The position numbers and the translations under genes are program-made. From Proteromonas lacertae (lineage: Eukaryota), in contig NGBS01000604.1 of assembly GCA_002245135.1 (NCBI GenBank), positions 1 through 64,000 of the forward strand: a DNA stretch of 64,000 nt, given 5' to 3'. Positions 39,703-51,423 of this stretch are shown in pieces. Positions within the stretch are counted from its first letter, which is position 1. Each line of letters starts with the position of its first letter. The notes under the pieces were generated by a model that saw only the letters and a program-made list of their open reading frames with translations, ran no database searches and was not told where the DNA came from.

Positions 39703-42585
39703 ATGTATTTTATGCTTTTGACAGTATTATTGCTGTGTTTAACACCATTATATGGTTTAGATTTTATACCCTATTCCACTCCATGTAAAGAAAGAAACTT
39801 TTTATGTTTAATTGGTTATACTTACGAAAAAGGTAATATATGGATTAGTCATAATTCCAATGAAACATACCCATACATGGCATTGAACAGATATTTCTCT
39901 GATAAATCAAAAGAGTTAACACCAAATACAACAGTAGGATCTTTCATATTTGCAGGATCTAATCACACTTATTCTGAAATTGTATCGATAGTAGATGAAA
40001 CTGGTGGTGGTAAACTACAATTTATTACCAAAGAGAGTAAAAAAGAAAAATCAGCCAAGATAACAATCGGTTCAAAAGGTTACTTAGGAATAGGTATAGA
40101 AGATCCAAAATATCCTTTACATATATCTCAAAATAATGATTCAGTATCTTCAATGTCAGAAATAAAAGCAGTTGTAGAAGGTGATATGTTTATAAACAGG
40201 ATATTCATATCAATTGACAGTAGATTAAGAACAAACAATATTCCATTTGATACAAAGAGAGCGAAATTTCTAATTTCCAATTTAGTTCTTGAAGAGTATA
40301 CTGATATTGATGATCCAATCAAAAGGCATAGTGGAATAAAATATAACAGTATAAAAGAGTTTTTTCCCACTTTTTTATCAAATCTTACATCTATTAATCA
40401 ACCAATCGATTTAGAGGATTTGAGTATTGTTGACTTTAATGAGATTTTAATCAATTTAATTGGTTCTCAACAAGATATTATTAAATCGATGAATGAATAT
40501 GAAAGATTAATTGAAATAATGAAAGATTTTATTGATGGTAAAGGAAAAGCAATCGAAGCAATAAATGCAGAAAAAGAGTTGAAAGAAAAAGAACGAGAAA
40601 TTGCTGAAGAAGAAGCTAAAAAGACATTATACGAATTAGAAAAAGTGAAAGAAAAAACGAAGCAAGAAGAATTAATAACTAAAAGAATTAAATACAATAA
40701 AACTATAGAAGTAGCAAGACAATTACAAAAAGAGAATGAATTAAAAATTGAAAGAGAAAAAACAGAAAGATTGACATTGGAATTAGAGAATAATATGATA
40801 TTATTAGAAAAGAAAGATAAAGAATTAGAAGAAATGGAATTAGCCAAAGAAAAAGCATTGGAAGAAGTGAAAGCAGCTCATGAAGTTACATTGCAAGCTC
40901 AAATCAAACTTGATATATCAAACATTGAGCTTGAGAAAATAAAAATAAAAGCAGAGGAAGAAAAAACAAAAGTATTATATCAAGAGTCTTTAAATCGTGA
41001 AAAAGAAATAAAAATTAAGATTTTAGAAGAAGAAGAAAAGTTGAAATTATTAGAAATTGAATTGGAGAAAGAGAAAGGCGAACAAGAGAGAAATACAACT
41101 AATAATAGGATGTTAAAAGAAAAAGAATTAGAAGAAGAAAAAATCAAACTTTCAGGAGAAAAAGTAAAGAAAGAATTAGAATTGAAAAGTAAAGAAAAAG
41201 AAATAGAAATTTCCTTAGAAAAAGATAAGGAAATATCATTAGAAAAAGAAAGAAGAGAATCAGCAAAACTTCAAAGTGAAAATATAATTAATCAAGAAAA
41301 AGTAAAAGCTGAAGAAGAAAGAGTAACTAAGTTGAAACTACTAGAAGCAGAGATTGAATCAAAAGCAGAAATGGAAAGAAAAAATGAAGATTTAAACATT
41401 AGAAAAATGAAATTTGAAGCTGAATTAGAAAAAGAAAAGTGGATTGATTCAATAAAAACTACAATTTCTTCAATTGGAAGTGGAATTTATAATTTTCTAA
41501 CAGATACAGAAACGATCAAAAGAACAATTATTACAATATCCTGTGTAATATTGTCTTATTATACAATCAAAGAATCTAGTAGAATAATATCGAATGTAAT
41601 TGAAAAGAATTTAGGAAAACCATCTTTAATTAGAGAGACAAGTAAAACGAATATATTTAATGAATATTTAAATAGAATATTATCATTATTTAAAAGAGAA
41701 AAAACATATAATGAAATATTCGAAGGAGTTATATTAAATGAAGATTTAGAAAGAAGAATTAAACAATTAGCAAATTCAACTAAAAATGCAAGAATACATG
41801 AAAGTGGATATAGAAATGTTTTATTTTATGGCTCTCCAGGAACTGGAAAATCATTAGTAGCTCGAAGATTAGCTTTTAACAGTGGTTTGGATTATGCAAT
41901 AATGAGTGGAGGAGATGTCAGTCCATTAGGAAAAGATGGAGTAAATGAACTTCATAAAATATTTGAATGGAGTAGAAAAAGTAAAAATGGTTTGATTTTG
42001 TTTATTGATGAAGCTGAGTGTTTGTTATGTAATAGAAATAAGAAGAATATGAGTGAAAATCAACGAAATGCATTGAATTGTATATTATATGAGAGTGGAA
42101 GTAGTGAAAGTAATAAAAAGTTGATGTTAATACTTGCTACGAATCGTCCTGGTGATTTAGATAATGCCATAATTGATAGAATTGATGAATCGTTAGAATT
42201 TGAAATACCCAATGAAAATAGTCGAGAAGGAATATTGAGATATTATTTTGAAAGAGATATTTGTAGAATTGATAATAATAAAGATAATAATAATAATAAT
42301 AATAGTGTGAAATTAAATATGATAATGAATAGAATATGTAATAAAAAGTCAAATAATGGTATAAAGTTGAAGAATATAAACAACAATGATATAAAAGAGA
42401 TTAATAAACGATTGAATGGTTTTAGTGGAAGAGAAATTAACAAATTAATAAATATAATTCGAAACGAGATATATGGCAGAGAAGATTTGATATTAGATAA
42501 AGAAATGTTATTAGCTACAGTGAATGAAAAAGTGTTGGATCATTCAAGTCGTTTGGAGTTATTAAAAGAGAATAAAAGTTGGTAA
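39703..42585 (+). CDS. ATAD3: ATAD3-like AAA ATPase with N-terminal signal-like peptide, peptidase-S74-like chaperone domain and long coiled coil
   Basis: LGKPSLIRETS, RNVLFYGSPGTGKS, SGLDYAIMSGGDVSPLG, LFIDEAE, LATNRPGDLD, GFSGREI; intronless; first ATG 39703. Confidence 0.85.
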   Translation: MYFMLLTVLLLCLTPLYGLDFIPYSTPCKERNFLCLIGYTYEKGNIWISHNSNETYPYMALNRYFSDKSKELTPNTTVGSFIFAGSNHTYSEIVSIVDETGGGKLQFITKESKKEKSAKITIGSKGYLGIGIEDPKYPLHISQNNDSVSSMSEIKAVVEGDMFINRIFISIDSRLRTNNIPFDTKRAKFLISNLVLEEYTDIDDPIKRHSGIKYNSIKEFFPTFLSNLTSINQPIDLEDLSIVDFNEILINLIGSQQDIIKSMNEYERLIEIMKDFIDGKGKAIEAINAEKELKEKEREIAEEEAKKTLYELEKVKEKTKQEELITKRIKYNKTIEVARQLQKENELKIEREKTERLTLELENNMILLEKKDKELEEMELAKEKALEEVKAAHEVTLQAQIKLDISNIELEKIKIKAEEEKTKVLYQESLNREKEIKIKILEEEEKLKLLEIELEKEKGEQERNTTNNRMLKEKELEEEKIKLSGEKVKKELELKSKEKEIEISLEKDKEISLEKERRESAKLQSENIINQEKVKAEEERVTKLKLLEAEIESKAEMERKNEDLNIRKMKFEAELEKEKWIDSIKTTISSIGSGIYNFLTDTETIKRTIITISCVILSYYTIKESSRIISNVIEKNLGKPSLIRETSKTNIFNEYLNRILSLFKREKTYNEIFEGVILNEDLERRIKQLANSTKNARIHESGYRNVLFYGSPGTGKSLVARRLAFNSGLDYAIMSGGDVSPLGKDGVNELHKIFEWSRKSKNGLILFIDEAECLLCNRNKKNMSENQRNALNCILYESGSSESNKKLMLILATNRPGDLDNAIIDRIDESLEFEIPNENSREGILRYYFERDICRIDNNKDNNNNNNSVKLNMIMNRICNKKSNNGIKLKNINNNDIKEINKRLNGFSGREINKLINIIRNEIYGREDLILDKEMLLATVNEKVLDHSSRLELLKENKSW

Positions 42586-42732
42586 TTGAAATATATTCTA
42601 TGAACTGTTTATATATGTGAATATAATAAATAACATAAATAAATATTTTGATTGTAAAGTGTCATAGAAAATAATACACTTAATACATTCAATACATGTC
42701 TTTATTGTATTAAAATGAATTTAAAAATTTAG

Positions 42733-44285
42733 AGTATTAGAGATTATTTAAAAGTCAGTTATGGTATTGATTGTAATGTATTAGTAGTATTGATAATTTA
42801 ATAGAAATATAAAGTATTGAAAGATGGTTTAAGTGAGTTAAGTGTTGTGAAGTCAGAAAAGTGTAGTGTGTTGAAGATATTGAATGTAGAAAAAATAAAA
42901 GAAAAAATGGTAAGATGTATTTATGAGAACTACTGCTTTTTGAAAGATCTCTCTTTTTGTTTGATTGTTGTATTTGTTATATTATTTAGATAATAAACTA
43001 ACATACAAAAGTATAGAAATACTGATTAACAATTTGTCTTTATTTACAAGTCTTGAAGAACTTCAATTGAATGGAAATGAAATAGGAGATGAAGGAATGA
43101 AAATATTATCTCCACATTTACATTTATTAAGTTATTTTCATGAGATTAATTGTTCAAGTATCAATACTATCATTTAATATTCAATAGAAATGGGATTATC
43201 TTCAATTGGATTGAAGTATTTATTAGATGGTTTAAAGAGTATTCATCAAAAGATCAGATTGGATATAAGTGATAATAATATAGATTTAGATGGAATAGAG
43301 TATTTGATGAATTATGTGAAAGAAAATGATATTATTAATGAATTGAATATTCAAAGTATATTTATGGTAGTTTTTAATTTGTTTAATAGATAATCCAATT
43401 GGTAATGCTGGATTTAAGCTATTAATAAACAATTTGAATGTTGTCAATAAGTTGGATAGAATGAATTTGAGTAATATCTCAATAGATGATGAAAGTGTGA
43501 TATTATTAGCTGATAAGATAGATTCAATTTCTAATTGCAACACAATAAACTTAAATGGAAATAATATTCGAATGAATGGATTAAAATCAATTTGTTCCAA
43601 AACATTAGAAAAAGAAGAAAATCCATTTATTCAAATGAAATATTCCTCAATGAGAAAAGAAGAATGTGAATATTATTTGAATTATTGTATTAAAAAGAAT
43701 AGAAAAGGTTATGAAAAATGTTATGATTTTTCGAGTATATTATGTGTGTTTATAATGAAATAGATTTAAATGTGAATGATTCTCATATTTCATTAATAAA
43801 ACAGATTGATTATGAAGAACTTGATTTATCCAATAACAAGATTAGTTGTAATGGATTGAAAGAATTAACAGATTCTTTTCCAAAAGATGTTGTATATATT
43901 TCAATTCATAATAATGAAATTGGAGATGAAGGAATAGAGATAATATGTAAATATTTAGATAAATTCTTCATGTTTTCATCATTAAACATCTCAAGTATTT
44001 AAAATTCTGTATTGTATTGTATATATAGAAATTGTGATGAGTGAAAAAGGATTGATGATGTTAATAGAAAGATTAAAAGATAATATACCATTGACAAATA
44101 TAAATTTATCAGGAAATGAATTAGATGAAAGAGAATTGAGATTAATGAAAGAAAACAAAGAAGTATTTGAAGATTTAGAAAAATTATCAATAACATTAAA
44201 AGAAGATATAGATAAATCAGAATTAAAATCATTTTTAGAAACATTTACATCAATAGTAAAATTAAAAATAGATGGAATGTATTAA
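42733..44285 (+). pseudogene. LRR family copy D: divergent kinase N-lobe fragment joined to the last five LRR exons
   Basis: 42805-42960 encodes LKILNVEKIKEKMVRCIYENYCFL (cf. LKVFNVCEMKEKQILKLLENKCLL) after an intron at the homologous position; the rest of the kinase and the first LRR exons are missing; no clean start. Confidence 0.7.
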
Positions 44286-44389
44286 ATCCAAAAATAGATA
44301 ATTCATATTGTGTATTATTCTAATATCTAAGTTTCTTTCTTGTTTTGTTTAAGAAATAATAATAATAATTAAAAATAATTATTTCAATA

Positions 44390-45608
44390 TTATCTTCCAA
44401 AAGCATCAGCAGATGTTTTACTTTTACCATGAAAATCTTTATTTCCTGAACCAAAGCCAAATTCATCTACTTTTTTTGGACGAGTTGAACCAAATTCAGA
44501 AGCATCAGCTTGATTCTTCTTCAATGAAGATTGAGTTGTTCCAAATTCATTTTTACTTGCTTTATTTGATTTACTTACACTCGATTGAGTTGTACCAAAT
44601 TCACTTCCAGCTTTGGGTTTTTCTTCACTCTTATTTCCACCAAACCAACCAAATCTGATGCCTTTCTTCTTTTCTTCAGTTCCATCTTCACTTTTTGCTA
44701 AACCTTTTTCTATATCATTTTCACTTAATAATCTCTTTTTACCCCAACCAATATCATCCAGTCCTTCGTTTTTGTCTGGAACTGTTCGTTTCCATTGAAA
44801 TATATATCCACCCACGGAGATTATTATAGCTACGGCAATATATGCAAATTGCTATATATAATATAAAACAATATTGTATATATACAACATAATTCATTTT
44901 CTTTGGAGCTTTAAATGGATTGATTTCTTCAAAACCACTAACCCAACCACCAACAGAATGAACAAATATATAACCAGCAAATGATACACATTCTAAAATC
45001 CACATATATCTTCGTTTGTTTAATGTAAATACAGCTGTAATTATTCCAGGTATAATGTATATAAATGCATCAATATATGCTTTTCGAAGGAATGTGTGAA
45101 TTATTCCGGTTACAATAATCCAACCAGCTATTACTCCTAATGAAAAACCAAGGCATATTCTACCCCATCGATCAAACTTCCACCAAACCATTATTGAGAC
45201 TATTATTAGAGCAATAGCTACTACCAAACTATTTAAGTAAAATTACATATTAGACAACAAAATATACTAGAGGATATCTTGTAAATCTTGTTTACCAGGT
45301 ATTGCCTCAACGATACATAATCCTGAGTATGTAGGAATAGTTAGAGCAGCAACAAAAGCAGCAACTCTTGGCCAATTGTACAAAGAAGAATTATGGAAGA
45401 CTTTTTAATAATATATAAAAAGATATATATCCACAAAATAACATGAATAAACCACCTATAATCAACGCTATACCTATATATTCTCTAATTCCATCAACCA
45501 AAGATGAATAAACTATAAAATTTGTCAAGATATAATTTTTATACATGCAGCAGAAGCATATTCGAAGTAACATATTGATAGAACAGCAAAAACCAAAGCA
45601 GATTTCAT
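44390..45608 (-). CDS. Multi-pass membrane protein, TMEM198/DUF4203-like, with EFG(T/S)T repeat tail
   Basis: Signal-like MKSALVFAVLSIC, several Gly-rich TM helices, charged C-tail. Confidence 0.6.
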
Positions 45609-45688
45609 TTTTCAAATCTTTACTCAAGTCAAACCAAACATTCAAGCTTTGTGAATTTTCTAAACTTCTGAATCAGAGTTCCATCTCA

Positions 45689-47175
45689 ATGAAATCAAAT
45701 AACAACCTTCTACAGATACTATTTTTCACTGTATTATTATATTTAAATAACAATTTTTAGATTCTTTTCGCTAGTTTTGTTTTTGCATCAAAACATGAAG
45801 AGAAACACACACTTAGCTATGATAAAGTAGTATATTATCAAGAGGGAATATATTCTGAAGGGTATAGTGATATGTCTATCATATAGCAAACCAAATTCCT
45901 TAATTGAAGTAAACATCACAAGTAAATCAAAGAGCGATAGTACCTTAGAACTTGTAGTATCCGATTATTCTGCTAGAAGAGGCTTAGGATACAATGATGA
46001 AGATTCTCATCAAATACACTACTGTTGCACACCAGAGTATGAAGAGAAAGGTATATGTAGTGAAGTTGGTTCATTAATATTATCAGAATCCAAATCTTTC
46101 ATCAAAAGATATTCTTTAGATTTAATACCGTATAAATATCCATCTATGTAATATATACTAGTAATAAAAGCACATATAAACAAATCCAAATCAACAGTTC
46201 TGATTATTACTTCATCTATTTCGTCAAGTATTTCTTTTTTCTTCTAATTATTAATTTTATAGTTGTGATAATGAAACATCAGCGTCATCTCCACTTTCAT
46301 TTGACTCTTATACACAGATTCACAATATATATGGATATCTACCTAGTGAATATTATGGTAAAATCGGATTTTCAATCGCAATGATAGTCATTTATTGTAT
46401 ATTGATATTATTATGGATATTCTTATGTTTAATTTACTGTTCTCAAGTAATGTCAGTTCAAATGTGGATATTGCTAGTATCAGTTATCTGTTTAATAGAA
46501 AATGGAGTATGTCTATTGTCATTGAATAAACATAATGAAAATGGTGAAGTAATAGATAGTTTAGAGATATTCTACTTAATAATAAACTCATTAAAAAGAG
46601 ATTTCAGTAGAATATTGATGGTTATTGTGTGCATGGGATATGGAGTAACAAGGACTAATTTGGAAGGCTCTAGAGTCAAGCTAGCCGTTATTTTTATATT
46701 GTATTTTGTATTAGCGATTATTGAGAATGTATTGAAGAATTCTAACGATAGTGATTCGATATCAGTCTATATAATAGAGTTTCCAGTGATATTAATAGAT
46801 ATTTATATCTACTTCTGGTTCTTTACCAGCTTAATTGATACAATTAACAAATTGAATGAAGACCATCAAACAAAGAAGGTGAAATTATTCAAAAATTTGA
46901 GAAGGATTATTATCTTATCAGCTATCATTTCCTTGATTTACTTATGTGTTTATATGTTATATGTTTTAGGTGATTACTTGTATGTTAATTGGAAGACTTT
47001 ATGGTTCGTGGAATCTGGTTTTTGGGATTGTTTGTATTTGTTCTTAATCGTGTGTATTATGTATTTATGGAGGCCTAAGAGAAATAGTAAGCAGTATGTT
47101 CAACATGTCCAGATTAGAGGTGATGATAAGCAGGATGATGAGGATTATGTTGATAATGCTGAACAGGATGTATAA
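45689..47175 (+). CDS. TMEM87/PTM1 (Lung_7-TM_R) family membrane protein
   Basis: Lumenal YCCTPE..C, NIYGYLP, SRILMVIVCMGYGV, IMYLWRP. Confidence 0.85.
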
Positions 47176-47375
47176 TTAATTTAAATAATTTAATTATTTA
47201 TAATTTTTTTAGTCTGCTTCATTAATTCGAAAAGTGTAATTGGGTAAAAACGGTTCTATTATTATTACTACTTTCATTGATATTTTTGATATTTGTTGGG
47301 TTTATATTTAAGAAAATGAAAAAATGTTAAATTGGCGCCAAAGCTTGATTAGGTTTGAAGTTTTTTTTTTAAGAA

Positions 47376-49694
47376 ATGCCTGGTAATTCAAACAGACTTC
47401 ACTACAGAATTTTCTTTGATGAAACATGTAATAATTTAATAAAATCCAAAGAAATTGAGGGAAAGTTGAAGTTATTAGGTCATGTAGGTCCATTTATCGT
47501 TTAAATATATAGGAACTATCTGAGAATTTATCAAATAATACAACTTTCATAATAACATATAGAGCAGCACAAGAGGATTTGAAATCAGAGAAATCCTTAC
47601 AGAGTCCAAATACAGAGATAGATAAGAATTTAAACAAAATAATTCATGAAAATAAAGAGTTTGCTAAAAATAATGGAATAAAAACCATATATTATGACAG
47701 TATATTCCAAATTTATAGCCAATAATAGAATTTATGAAGTGGTTACATAATGAAGAAAAGAAATTAAGGAGTGAAGCAGTGTCTGATGGTAATGAGTATA
47801 TATTTTATCTTAATTATCTCCTTCATAGTTTTGAAATCAGAATAAAAGATGATACAAACCATTTCAATAGTTCATTAATAAAGAAATATTCAAAATCAAA
47901 GTATCCAAATTGCATAGAGGACTGTCCAATAGGATTATCACCATTTATACAGAGAAGTTATTGGAAAGATTATCATATCAATAATAATAATTCATCCAAT
48001 GAAGAAGAAGAAGCAGAAGAAGAAGAAAATAATGATGAAGAAACCACAGATAATAATAATAATAATAATAATAATAACTCAAGAATCAAAAGTGAAGAAG
48101 ATTCAATCAAATTAAAACTAAACCAAAGTGAATCAATCAAAGAAATTTCACCATTGTTAAAAAGTAATTTTAATAAAAAATTTAATAATAATAATAATAA
48201 TAAACGACCTAGAGGAAGTGGTTACTGTGAGAATTGTTTGGAATATTATACTGATCTATATATACATATGGAAAACCCTAGGCATAAAAATATAATTGAA
48301 TCAACAGGATATTATAAAGATATAAATATAATATTTGATAAATTGTTAAAGTTGAATAATAGTAATGATAATAATAGAATAAAGGGAAAATATGTTGAGG
48401 TAAATGGAACTAAAGAATGGATATGGAATAATCCAAATAAATACTATATTGAAGAAGAAGAAGAAGAAGAGAAAAATGAGAATGATAATAAAGAAGAAGA
48501 AAACGAAAATAATGTAAAAGACAATACAAATAACACCTATGATATTAATAGAATAATGAAATTAGAAATGCTTATGCGAAGATATTATTTAAGTCATTTT
48601 AAATACAATATAAAAGTTTTCAATAGAGAGATTAATTGTTATTTATACTATCACAAACTAACTAAAAAATTATCAATTGATAAACCAGTATATTATGGTA
48701 AAATAATGAATAAATATGAAGCAACAAAGATTATATTGAAATTATACTATAACTGGAGAGGTAAAAAATATAAGTTAGATTTACTACAGATTGTTCATAT
48801 AAATAAAATAATTAAAAATGTAAAATCTTTTAGTGATAGAATTAATAATAAAACATATATCAAATCAATTCCAATCTTTATATATGAATATATAATGTTT
48901 TACGAATTATTTATTAATAAAAATAAAGAGAAATGTGAAAGTATATTGAGTGTTTTGCTACAGAATGAACTAATCAGCAGCAATATATATGTAATTAGAG
49001 GACTATTGATATTACTATCAGATAATTGTGAAGTGATTAAATTGAGAATGAATGAAGTAGATACATATTTTGTATATTATATATTTATTTATTTATTTAT
49101 TTATTTAATTAGAAAAAGAGTAAATCATATAATCCCAACCTCAATAATGATTTCAATGATATTAAAAGTCTCTTGTTCTTCACATATCTTCACAATCCAA
49201 AAGATAATTATATATTGTTACTTTTAGCGTTAATATATACAAATATTTATAAAGATTATGATACTGCTGAACACTATTATTTAATTGGAATAGATAATAG
49301 TAACAAATATTATAAACAACTGTTAAAAAATTATGAAATATTCCTCGAAAGAAGGACTGTAAATGGAATATATCAAAGTAAAAATAGAGGTAAAGTAGTA
49401 ATATATAAAAGTGAAGAAATAAAACGAGAATTTGAATGGATTTTGTACAAATACAAAAATGAAAATTATTGGTTTAATTATATCACTAAAGAAACACCAT
49501 TTGTTAGAATAAATAATGAAGAGGAGTTGTGGAAGGAAAGAATGAAAAGATGTAGTTATTTTGGTAGTACATATGATGGAATCTACCTATTATACCAAGA
49601 TAATGTCACTGGAACACTGTTTAGTTATAATACTGTTACTAATAAATATGAAATATATAAAAATGAGAATAATTTCTTTTATAAACATCAATAG
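47376..49694 (+). CDS. DBF4: Dbf4-like Cdc7 regulatory subunit (motifs N, M, C) continuing in frame into a WW/IQ/TPR-like region
   Basis: BRCT-like motif N, IRIKDD motif M, zinc finger GYCENCLEYYTDLYIHMENPRH. Confidence 0.7.
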
Positions 49695-49749
49695 TACAAA
49701 ATTCTTTTTATAATTAATTAATAATGTAATAATAATAATTATTATATGT

Positions 49750-50497
49750 TTAATTATGACCTAAGTTAGGAAATCTTCTAGTTATATTCTCTCTTCTTTG
49801 GTAATTTTGATTTAATCTTTCTTCACTTATTCCTTCTTCGATTTCATCTTCTGTCTATATTATAGTTATAAATAAATAAGATAATATGATTACATATATA
49901 CATCAACTGCTTTTTTAACATGATATTTTATATCACTTAGTTTATTCTTAAATTTAGCTTCCACTGATGCTGGTCTAAGAATTGCATGAAGAGCAATTAC
50001 ACAAATAACTAATAGAATAACAATAAAGAATCTGATAAATTGACGGAAAATGAAAAGAAGTATTACTGAAGCTACTCCTAATACTACCATTTGTTGCTGA
50101 TCAGTTATTGGACGATTATTAACAATTATATTGGTGGTTTTCACTAGACAAAAGTATGTAAACAATATTGCGATTAAAACTGAAACAATTAGCAAAGCTG
50201 GATGAGTTATGCTATTATATATACCTAATAAATTGTTTATACAAAAAATATAATGATAAAACTAGACTGATTAGAAAGTAGTTTGTATAGTAGAACTGTA
50301 AATTAGTAGAAACTCGTTTTTCAATTTCTTCAAGACCTCCATTCGGAACACTAAATCTTTCAAAGAATATCTTCCAGGGTCTCTAGGAACAATTAGAAAT
50401 ATCAACTATACAGCATCACTCCACCCTACTTTCTTTATATAATCTATTAAAGCAGCAAATTCTATTTTAATAAATCCAAATAAATACCTGATTGCAT
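49750..50497 (-). CDS. PRA1 (prenylated Rab acceptor) family protein
   Basis: RPWKIFFERFSVP..RVSTNLQFYYTNY, LHAILRP; 4 introns. Confidence 0.88.
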
Positions 50498-50576
50498 TAG
50501 AAAATTAAAATTAAAATTTTCAAAAGTTTGAATAACAACTTGGCTTGAGTCATTTTCATTTTCATTTTTTCTAATA

Positions 50577-51285
50577 ATGTCTACAGATGCAGATTTATCT
50601 GCATTATTTAAAAAGAAAGGAAAGGGGAAGAAGAATAAGAAAGCTTTTCAAGTAGTACCAGCTGAACTAGAAAAAGAACCGGAAGAACAGCCACAGTATT
50701 GAATATAGTCTAATAATATTATGAAAATAGAACTTTAGCAACAGCAGCAACAGCCGCCACATCTATTGCAATACCAGAAGATTCAGAGTGGGTTAATAAA
50801 GATGCAATACTAAAACCAGGAATCGTTTTACCAGAACAACTTGCAGCGACAGTTGAACATCAAACTATACTGTATATTTAAGTGTATTATAAATGAATAG
50901 AGATAATGTGCAAGAAGAGACAGCTGAATCAAGACATGCTAAAAAAACGTTGTTAAAAACACTCAAAAAAGCACAAGTAGCAAATGCTGCAGCTGCAACA
51001 CCAATTGCACCAATTGAAGAAAAACAACCAGAACCAACAACTTATTTTGAAAAATTAAAGTTAAAAAAACAACAAGAAAGTGAACCAAAAGCAGAATTTC
51101 CAGAATTAGCTCCAGCAGCTACTGAAGCAAGTAAAGTATCAACAGAAAGTGCTTGGGCAGTAGGTAATGTAGAAGGAGTTGAATTAGAAATAGATGAAAA
51201 TATAAATGAAGCTGAAGTATTTAATAATACGATGAAGAAAACAAACAAATTTGCTTTAAAAAAGAAACATCCATTAAATATCTAA
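50577..51285 (+). CDS. Hypothetical low-complexity protein, weakly CDV3-like
   Basis: MSTDADLSALFKKKGKGKK start, two introns, EFPEL..SAW motif. Confidence 0.6.
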
Positions 51286-51423
51286 TATTTTCCTTTAATT
51301 TACTTGTTAAAGTTGTTTTTCAAGTGTTAATAAACATGAATATAATAAACAAATATTGTGTAAGAATGATTTCTGTGTATGTAAATAAAAAATTCCATAA
51401 ATGAAACGACTCAATATTTTGAA

